Source of the DNA: Auanema rhodensis
Lineage: Eukaryota; Animalia; Nematoda
Reading direction: 5' to 3'
NCBI GenBank assembly: GCA_964057225.1
Contig: OZ059895.1
Coordinates: 2,728,001-2,792,000, forward strand
DNA: 64,000 bases
In this document: positions 53,801-64,000 of the stretch, piece after piece
How positions within the stretch are numbered: position 1 is the first letter of the stretch
Layout of the letters: each line of letters begins with the position of its first letter
Translations under genes and position numbers: made by a program
Notes under the pieces: generated by a model
Databases searched by the model: none
What the model saw: only the letters and a program-made list of their open reading frames with translations
What the model was told of the DNA's origin: nothing

Positions 53801-56800
53801 ATAGTAATATATCATATGTTGAACACTATGTTGGAAAGATTTTAATTCAGATTTTTTCAACTTTCACTCAGTTTGTTTTCTAAACTTTGATTAAGAACCT
53901 TGTTGTTTGTACACCCATAAAATATACGCAGCACAGGTTACCCTTAAATAATGAACTGACCGACTAATCAGACATGGATCTTTCCTAGTTCTGTTGCTTG
54001 AATGGATGTTTTCCTACGTAGGCTAGTAAAACATGCCTTTCAAAGCATCAGAACATGTGATCAAATTCCAATTTTTTTGTATCTATCTTGTAAAGATAGT
54101 AATATATCATATGTTGAACACTATGTTGGAAAGATTTTCGTTCAGATTTTTTAATTTTTATTCAGTTTGTTTTTTAAACTTTGATTAAGAACTTTGATTT
54201 TTGTACACCCATAAATTATACGCAGCACAGGTTACCGTTAAATAATGAACTGACCGACTAATCAGACATGGATCTTTCCAAGTTCTGTTGCTTGAACGGA
54301 TGTTTTCCTACGTAGGCTAGTAAAACATGCCCTTCAAAGCATCAGAACATGTGATCACATTCCAATTTTTTTGTATCTATCTTGTAAAGATAGTAATATA
54401 TCATATGTTGAACACTATGTTGGAAAGATTTTAATTCAGATCCATAAAATATACGCAGCACAGGTTACCCTTAAATAATGAACTGACCGACTAATCAGAC
54501 ATGGATCTTTCCTAGTTCTGTTGCTTGAATGGATGTTTTCCTACGTAGGCTAGTAAAACATGCCCTTCAAAGCATCAGAACATGTGATCACATTCCAATA
54601 TTTTTGTATCTATCTTGTAAAGATAGTAATATATCATATGTTGAACACTATGTTGGAAAGATTTTAATTCAGATTTTTTCAACTTTCACTCAGTTTGTTT
54701 TCTAAACTTTGATTGAGAACCTTGTTGTTTGTACACCCATAAAATATACGCAGCACAGGTTACCCTTAAATAATGAACTGACCGACTAATCAGACATGGA
54801 TCTTTCCTAGTTCTGTTGCTTGAATGGATGTTTTCCTACGTAGGCTAGTAAAACATGCCCTTCAAAGCATCAGAACATGTGATCACATTCCAATTTTTTT
54901 GTATCTATCTTGTAAAGATAGTAATATATCATATGTTGAACACTATGTTGGAAAGATTTTAATTCAGATTTTTGAACTTTTATTCAGTTTGTTTTTTAAA
55001 CTTTGATTAAGAACTTTGATTTTTGAACACCCATAAATTATACGCAGCACAGGTTACCCTTAATTAATGAACTGACCGACTAATCAGACATGGATCTTTC
55101 CAAGTTCTGTTGCTTGAACGGATGTTTTCCTACGAAGGCTAGTAAAACATGCCCTTCAAAGCATCAGAACATGTGATCACATTCCAATATTTTTGTATCT
55201 ATCTTGTAAAGATAGTAATATATCATATGTTGAACACTATGTTGGAAAGATTTTAATTCGGTTTTTTTTCAACTTTCACTCAGTTTGTTTTCTTAACTTT
55301 GATTAAGAACCTTGAGTTTTGTACACCCATAAATTATACGCAGCACAGGTTACCCTTAAATAATGAACTGACCGACTAATCAGACATGGATCTTTCCTAG
55401 TTCTGTTGCTTGAATGGATGTTTTCCTACGTAGGCTAGTAAAACATGCCCTTCAAAGCATCATAACATGTGATCACATTCCAATATTTTTGTATCTATCT
55501 TGTAAAGATAGTAATATATCATATGTTGAACACTATGTTGGAAAGATTTTAATTCAGATTTTTTCAACTTTTATTCAGTTTCTTTTTCAAACTTTGATTA
55601 AGAACTTTGATTTTCGTACACCCATAAATTATACGCAGCACAGGTTACCCTTAATTAATGAACTGACCGACTAATCAGACATGGATCTTTCCAAGTTCTG
55701 TTGCTTGAACGGATGTTTTCCTACGTAGGCTAGTAAAACATGCCCTTCAAAGCATCAGAACATGTGATCACATTCCAATATTTTTGTATCTATCTTGTAA
55801 AGATAGTAATATATCATATGTTGAACACTATGTTGGAAAGATTTTAAATCAGATTTTCTCAACTTTCACTCAGTTTGTTTTCTTAACTTTGATTAAGAAT
55901 CTTGTTGTTCGTACACCCATAAAATATACGCAGCACAGGTTACCCTTAAATAATGAACTGACCGACTAATCAGACATGGATCTTTCAAAGTTCTGTTGCT
56001 TGAACGGATGTTTTCCTACGTAGGCTAGTAAAACATGCCCTTCAAAGCATCAGAACATGTGATCAAATTCCAATTTTTTTGTATCTATCTTGTAAAGATA
56101 GTAATATATCATATGTTGAACACTATGTTGGAAAAATTTTCAATCAGATTTTTTAATTTTTATTCAGTTTGTTTTTTAAACTTTGATTAAGAACTTTGAT
56201 TTTTGTTTACCCATAAATTATACGCAGCACAGGTTACCCTTAAATAATGAACTGACCGACTAATCAGACATGGATCTTTCCAAGTTCTGTTGCTTGAACG
56301 GATGTTTTCCTACGTAGGCTAGTAAAACATGCCCTTCAAAGCATCAGAACATGTGATCACATTCCAATTTTTTTGTATCTATCTTGTAAAGAAAGTAATA
56401 TATCATATGTTGAACACTATGTTGGAAAGATTTTAATTCAGATTTTTTCAACTTTCACTCAGTTTGTTTTCTAAACTTTGATTAAGAACCTTGTTGTTTG
56501 TACACCCATAAAATATACGCAGCACAGGTTACCCTTAAATAATGAACTGACCGACTAATCAGACATGGATCTTTCCTAGTTCTGTTGCTTGAATGGATGT
56601 TTTCCTACGTAGGCTAGTAAAACATGCCTTTCAAAGCATCAGAACATGTGATCAAATTCCAATTTTTTTGTATCTATCTTGTAAAGATAGTAATATATCA
56701 TATGTTGAACACTATGTTGGAAAGATTTTCGTTCAGATTTTTTAATTTTTATTCAGTTTGTTTTTTAAACTTTGATTAAGAACTTTGATTTTTGTACACC

Positions 56801-58642
56801 CATAAATTATACGCAGCACAGGTTACCGTTAAATAATGAACTGACCGACTAATCAGACATGGATCTTTCCAAGTTCTGTTGCTTGAACGGATGTTTTCCT
56901 ACGTAGGCTAGTAAAACATGCCCTTCAAAGCATCAGAACATGTGATCACATTCCAATTTTTTTGTATCTATCTTGTAAAGATAGTAATATATCATATGTT
57001 GAACACTATGTTGGAAAGATTTTAATTCAGATCCATAAAATATACGCAGCACAGGTTACCCTTAAATAATGAACTGACCGACTAATCAGACATGGATCTT
57101 TCCTAGTTCTGTTGCTTGAATGGATGTTTTCCTACGTAGGCTAGTAAAACATGCCCTTCAAAGCATCAGAACATGTGATCACATTCCAATATTTTTGTAT
57201 CTATCTTGTAAAGATAGTAATATATCATATGTTGAACACTATGTTGGAAAGATTTTAATTCAGATTTTTTCAACTTTCACTCAGTTTGTTTTCTAAACTT
57301 TGATTGAGAACCTTGTTGTTTGTACACCCATAAAATATACGCAGCACAGGTTACCCTTAAATAATGAACTGACCGACTAATCAGACATGGATCTTTCCTA
57401 GTTCTGTTGCTTGAATGGATGTTTTCCTACGTAGGCTAGTAAAACATGCCCTTCAAAGCATCAGAACATGTGATCACATTCCAATTTTTTTGTATCTATC
57501 TTGTAAAGATAGTAATATATCATATGTTGAACACTATGTTGGAAAGATTTTAATTCAGATTTTTGAACTTTTATTCAGTTTGTTTTTTAAACTTTGATTA
57601 AGAACTTTGATTTTTGAACACCCATAAATTATACGCAGCACAGGTTACCCTTAATTAATGAACTGACCGACTAATCAGACATGGATCTTTCCAAGTTCTG
57701 TTGCTTGAACGGATGTTTTCCTACGAAGGCTAGTAAAACATGCCCTTCAAAGCATCAGAACATGTGATCACATTCCAATATTTTTGTATCTATCTTGTAA
57801 AGATAGTAATATATCATATGTTGAACACTATGTTGGAAAGATTTTAATTCGGTTTTTTTTCAACTTTCACTCAGTTTGTTTTCTTAACTTTGATTAAGAA
57901 CCTTGAGTTTTGTACACCCATAAATTATACGCAGCACAGGTTACCCTTAAATAATGAACTGACCGACTAATCAGACATGGATCTTTCCTAGTTCTGTTGC
58001 TTGAATGGATGTTTTCCTACGTAGGCTAGTAAAACATGCCCTTCAAAGCATCATAACATGTGATCACATTCCAATATTTTTGTATCTATCTTGTAAAGAT
58101 AGTAATATATCATATGTTGAACACTATGTTGGAAAGATTTTAATTCAGATTTTTTCAACTTTTATTCAGTTTCTTTTTCAAACTTTGATTAAGAACTTTG
58201 ATTTTCGTACACCCATAAATTATACGCAGCACAGGTTACCCTTAATTAATGAACTGACCGACTAATCAGACATGGATCTTTCCAAGTTCTGTTGCTTGAA
58301 CGGATGTTTTCCTACGTAGGCTAGTAAAACATGCCCTTCAAAGCATCAGAACATGTGATCACATTCCAATATTTTTGTATCTATCTTGTAAAGATAGTAA
58401 TATATCATATGTTGAACACTATGTTGGAAAGATTTTAAATCAGATTTTCTCAACTTTCACTCAGTTTGTTTTCTTAACTTTGATTAAGAATCTTGTTGTT
58501 CGTACACCCATAAAATATACGCAGCACAGGTTACCCTTAAATAATGAACTGACCGACTAATCAGACATGGATCTTTCAAAGTTCTGTTGCTTGAACGGAT
58601 GTTTTCCTACGTAGGCTAGTAAAACATGCCCTTCAAAGCATC
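50870..58642. repeat. 9-mer higher-order repeat (2591 bp) of satellite B, 3 near-identical copies
   Basis: 62-bp deletion junctions at 51850, 54441, 57032. ttaccGttaa at ~51646, 54237, 56828. catcaTaac at monomers 52871, 55462, 58053. The artefactual ORFs also repeat at 2591-bp spacing (52233/54824/57415). Confidence 0.96.
51753..51985. repeat. 233-bp deletion monomer of satellite B (62 bp missing); also at 54344, 56935, 60397, 61513, 62923
   Basis: ttcagat is joined directly to ccataaaatatacg, and the breakpoint is identical in all six copies. Confidence 0.96.
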
Positions 58643-61600
58643 AGAACATGTGATCAAATTCCAATTTTTTTGTATCTATCTTGTAAAGATAGTAATATAT
58701 CATATGTTGAACACTATGTTGGAAAAATTTTCATTCAGATTTTTTAATTTTTATTCAGTTTGTTTTTTAAACTTTGATTAAGAACTTTGATTTTTGTTTA
58801 CCCATAAATTATACGCAGCACAGGTTACCCTTAAATAATGAACTGACCGACTAATCAGACATGGATCTTTCCTAGTTCTGTTGCTTGAATGGATGTTTTC
58901 CTACGTAGGCTAGTAAAACATGCCCTTCAAAGCATCAGAACATGTGATCACATTCCAATATTTTTGTATCTATCTTGTAAAGATAGTAATATATCATATG
59001 TTGAACACTATGTTGGAAACATTTTAATTCAGATTTTTTCAACTTTTATTCAGTTTCTTTTTCAAACTTTGATTAAGAACTTTGATTTTCGTACACCCAT
59101 AAATTATACGCAGCACAGGTTACCCTTAATTAATGAACTGACCGACTAATCAGACATGGATCTTTCCAAGTTCTGTTGCTTGAACGGATGTTTTCCTACG
59201 TAGGCTAGTAAAACATGCCCTTCAAAGCATCAGAACATGTGATCACATTCCAATATTTTTGTATCTATCTTGTAAAGATAGTAATATATCATATGTTGAA
59301 CACTATGTTGGAAAGATTTTAAATCAGATTTTCTCAACTTTCACTCAGTTTGTTTTCTTAACTTTGATTAAGAATCTTGTTGTTCGTACACCCATAAAAT
59401 ATACGCAGCACAGGTTACCCTTAAATAATGAACTGACCGACTAATCAGACATGGATCTTTCAAAGTTCTGTTGCTTGAACGGATGTTTTCCTACGTAGGC
59501 TAGTAAAACATGCCCTTCAAAGCATCAGAACATGTGATCAAATTCCAATTTTTTTGTATCTATCTTGTAAAGATAGTAATATATCATATGTTGAACACTA
59601 TGTTGGAAAAATTTTCATTCAGATTTTTTAATTTTTATTCAGTTTGTTTTTTAAACTTTGATTTTTGTTTACCCATAAATTATACGCAGCACAGGTTACC
59701 CTTAAATAATGAACTGACCGACTAATCAGACATGGATCTTTCCAAGTTCTGTTGCTTGAACGGATGTTTTCCTACGTAGGCTAGTAAAACATGCCCTTCA
59801 AAGCATCAGAACATGTGATCACATTCCAATTTTTTTGTATCTATCTTGTAAAGATAGTAATATATCATATGTTGAACACTATGTTGGAAAGATTTTAATT
59901 CAGATTTTTTCAACTTTCACTCAGTTTGTTTTCTAAACTTTGATTAAGAACCTTGTTGTTTGTACACCCATAAAATATACGCAGCACAGGTTACCCTTAA
60001 ATAATGAACTGACCGACTAATCAGACATGGATCTTTCCTAGTTCTGTTGCTTGAATGGATGTTTTCCTACGTAGGCTAGTAAAACATGCCTTTCAAAGCA
60101 TCAGAACATGTGATCAAATTCCAATTTTTTTGTATCTATCTTGTAAAGATAGTAATATATCATATGTTGAACACTATGTTGGAAAGATTTTCGTTCAGAT
60201 TTTTTAATTTTTATTCAGTTTGTTTTTTAAACTTTGATTAAGAACTTTGATTTTTGTACACCCATAAATTATACGCAGCACAGGTTACCCTTAAATAATG
60301 AACTGACCGACTAATCAGACATGGATCTTTCCAAGTTCTGTTGCTTGAACGGATGTTTTCCTACGTAGGCTAGTAAAACATGCCCTTCAAAGCATCAGAA
60401 CATGTGATCACATTCCAATTTTTTTGTATCTATCTTGTAAAGATAGTAATATATCATATGTTGAACACTATGTTGGAAAGATTTTAATTCAGATCCATAA
60501 AATATACGCAGCACAGGTTACCCTTAAATAATGAACTGACCGACTAATCAGACATGGATCTTTCCTAGTTCTGTTGCTTGAATGGATGTTTTCCTACGTA
60601 GGCTAGTAAAACATGCCCTTCAAAGCATCAGAACATGTGATCACATTCCAATATTTTTGTATCTATCTTGTAAAGATAGTAATATATCATATGTTGAACA
60701 CTATGTTGGAAAGATTTTAATTCAGATTTTTTCAACTTTCACTCAGTTTGTTTTCTAAACTTTGATTGAGAACCTTGTTGTTTGTACACCCATAAAATAT
60801 ACGCAGCACAGGTTACCCTTAAATAATGAACTGACCGACTAATCAGACATGGATCTTTCCTAGTTCTGTTGCTTGAATGGATGTTTTCCTACGTAGGCTA
60901 GTAAAACATGCCCTTCAAAGCATCAGAACATGTGATCACATTCCAATTTTTTTGTATCTATCTTGTAAAGATAGTAATATATCATATGTTGAACACTATG
61001 TTGGAAAGATTTTAATTCAGATTTTCGAACTTTTATTCAGTTTGTTTTTTAAACTTTGATTAAGAACTTTGATTTTTGTACACCCATAAATTATACGCAG
61101 CACAGGTTACCCTTAATTAATGAACTGACCGACTAATCAGACATGGATCTTTCCAAGTTCTGTTGCTTGAACGGATGTTTTCCTACGAAGGCTAGTAAAA
61201 CATGCCCTTCAAAGCATCAGAACATGTGATCACATTCCAATTTTTTTGTATCTATCTTGTAAAGATAGTAATATATCATATGTTGAACACTATGTTGGAA
61301 AAATTTTCATTCAGATTTTTTAATTTTTATTCAGTTTGTTTTTTAAACTTTGATTAAGAACTTTGATTTTTGTTTACCCATAAATTATACGCAGCACAGG
61401 TTACCCTTAAATAATGAACTGACCGACTAATCAGACATTGATCTTTCCTAGTTCTGTTGCTTGAATGGATGTTTTCCTACGTAGGCTAGTAAAACATGCC
61501 TTTCAAAGCATCAGAACATGTGATCAAATTCCAATTTTTTTGTATCTATCTTGTAAAGATAGTAATATATCATATGTTGAACACTATGTTGGAAAGATTT

Positions 61601-64000
61601 TAATTCAGATCCATAAAATATACGCAGCACAGGTTACCCTTAAATAATGAACTGACCGACTAATCAGACATGGATCTTTCCTAGTTCTGTTGCTTGAATG
61701 GATGTTTTCCTACGTAGGCTAGTAAAACATGCCCTTCAAAGCATCAGAACATGTGATCACATTCCAATATTTTTGTATCTATCTTGTAAAGATAGTAATA
61801 TATCATATGTTGAACACTATGTTGGAAAGATTTTAATTCAGATTTTTTCAACTTTCACTCAGTTTGTTTTCTAAACTTTGATTGAGAACCTTGTTGTTTG
61901 TACACCCATAAAATATACGCAGCACAGGTTACCCTTAAATAATGAACTGACCGACTAATCAGACATGGATCTTTCCTAGTTCTGTTGCTTGAATGGATGT
62001 TTTCCTACGTAGGCTAGTAAAACATGCCCTTCAAAGCATCAGAACATGTGATCACATTCCAATTTTTTTGTATCTATCTTGTAAAGATAGTAATATATCA
62101 TATGTTGAACACTATGTTGGAAAGATTTTAATTCAGATTTTCGAACTTTTATTCAGTTTGTTTTTTAAACTTTGATTAAGAACTTTGATTTTTGTACACC
62201 CATAAATTATACGCAGCACAGGTTACCCTTAATTAATGAACTGACCGACTAATCAGACATGGATCTTTCCAAGTTCTGTTGCTTGAACGGATGTTTTCCT
62301 ACGAAGGCTAGTAAAACATGCCCTTCAAAGCATCAGAACATGTGATCACATTCCAATTTTTTTGTATCTATCTTGTAAAGATAGTAATATATCATATGTT
62401 GAACACTATGTTGGAAAAATTTTCATTCAGATTTTTTAATTTTTATTCAGTTTGTTTTTTAAACTTTGATTAAGAACTTTGATTTTTGTTTACCCATAAA
62501 TTATACGCAGCACAGGTTACCCTTAAATAATGAACTGACCGACTAATCAGACATGGATCTTTCCTAGTTCTGTTGCTTGAATGGATGTTTTCCTACGTAG
62601 GCTAGTAAAACATGCCTTTCAAAGCATCAGAACATGTGATCAAATTCCAATTTTTTTGTATCTATCTTGTAAAGATAGTAATATATCATATGTTGAACAC
62701 TATGTTGGAAAGATTTTCGTTCAGATTTTTTAATTTTTATTCAGTTTGTTTTTTAAACTTTGATTAAGAACTTTGATTTTTGTACACCCATAAATTATAC
62801 GCAGCACAGGTTACCCTTAAATAATGAACTGACCGACTAATCAGACATGGATCTTTCCAAGTTCTGTTGCTTGAACGGATGTTTTCCTACGTAGGCTAGT
62901 AAAACATGCCCTTCAAAGCATCAGAACATGTGATCACATTCCAATTTTTTTGTATCTATCTTGTAAAGATAGTAATATATCATATGTTGAACACTATGTT
63001 GGAAAGATTTTAATTCAGATCCATAAAATATACGCAGCACAGGTTACCCTTAAATAATGAACTGACCGACTAATCAGACATGGATCTTTCCTAGTTCTGT
63101 TGCTTGAATGGATGTTTTCCTACGTAGGCTAGTAAAACATGCCCTTCAAAGCATCAGAACATGTGATCACATTCCAATATTTTTGTATCTATCTTGTAAA
63201 GATAGTAATATATCATATGTTGAACACTATGTTGGAAAGATTTTAATTCAGATTTTTTCAACTTTCACTCAGTTTGTTTTCTAAACTTTGATTGAGAACC
63301 TTGTTGTTTGTACACCCATAAAATATACGCAGCACAGGTTACCCTTAAATAATGAACTGACCGACTAATCAGACATGGATCTTTTCTAGTTCTGTTGCTT
63401 GAATGGATGTTTTCCTACGTAGGCTAGTAAAACATGCCCTTCAAAGCATCAGAACATGTGATCACATTCCAATTTTTTTGTATCTATCTTGTAAAGATAG
63501 TAATATATCATATGTTGAACACTATGTTGGAAAGATTTTAATTCAGATTTTCGAACTTTTATTCAGTTTGTTTTTTAAACTTTGATTAAGAACTTTGATT
63601 TTTGTACACCCATAAATTATACGCAGCACAGGTTACCCTTAATTAATGAACTGACCGACTAATCAGACATGGATCTTTCCAAGTTCTGTTGCTTGAACGG
63701 ATGTTTTCCTACGAAGGCTAGTAAAACATGCCCTTCAAAGCATCAGAACATGTGATCACATTCCAATATTTTTGTATCTATCTTGTAAAGATAGTAATAT
63801 ATCATATGTTGAACACTATGTTGGAAAGATTTTAATTCAGATTTTTTCAACTTTCACTCAGTTTGTTTTCTAAACTTTGATTAAGAACCTTGTTGTTTGT
63901 ACACCCATAAAATATACGCAGCACAGGTTACCCTTAAATAATGAACTGACCGACTAATCAGACATGGATCTTTCCTAGTTCTGTTGCTTGAATGGATGTT

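Larger units (their letters stand above)
49100..64000. repeat. Satellite DNA array B, ~295-bp monomer (294-296 bp; deletion variants 233 and 281 bp), 52 monomer starts
   Basis: agaacatgtgatca recurs at 49101, 49395, 49690, 49984, 50280, 50574, 50870 ... 63156, 63451, 63745, all in the same orientation. The array is open at the right window edge. Confidence 0.99.

Noticed and set aside
49642-63585. Repeated 60-86 aa ORFs (MDVFLRRLVKH..., MYLSCKDS..., MPFKASEH...)
   Set aside because: These are chance open frames in satellite B. They are frameshifted by homopolymer length changes between monomers, the start codon toggles (gaatgg/gaacgg), and there is no coding-type conservation or known motif.
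1-64000. CRISPR array
   Set aside because: Whole 295-351-bp units repeat with no unique spacers, and there are no cas genes.
1-64000. Tandem 5S rRNA, tRNA, snRNA or spliced-leader gene array
   Set aside because: Unit sizes are compatible, but I recognise no 5S, tRNA cloverleaf, Pol III A/B box, or SL/Sm-type sequence on either strand.

Overview
The whole window is non-coding, AT-rich tandem satellite DNA of eukaryotic (peri)centromeric/heterochromatic type. I see no credible genes, RNA genes, transposons or CRISPR array. Positions 1-49099 are a head-to-tail array of a 351-bp monomer (satellite A; 139 full copies plus a 312-bp truncated last copy; about 32% GC counted on the first monomer). 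At 49099/49100 this fuses, with no spacer, to a second array of a ~295-bp monomer (satellite B; 51 complete copies plus one cut by the window end). Both arrays have readable higher-order structure. A shows a 5-mer (1755 bp) at the left, spatially separated variant domains, and local 3-, 6-, 9-, 11- and 13-monomer recurrences. B shows an alternating dimer (~589 bp) nested in a 9-mer of 2591 bp that is marked by a 62-bp-deleted monomer and then changes to 12-, 4- and 5-mers. Both monomers are rich in dyad symmetries. The A/B breakpoint falls in the loop of a strongly conserved hairpin of A. The two monomers share a collinear series of short motifs that may reflect remote common ancestry. All listed ORFs are satellite artefacts. 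I cannot assign the species or a named satellite family from the sequence alone.
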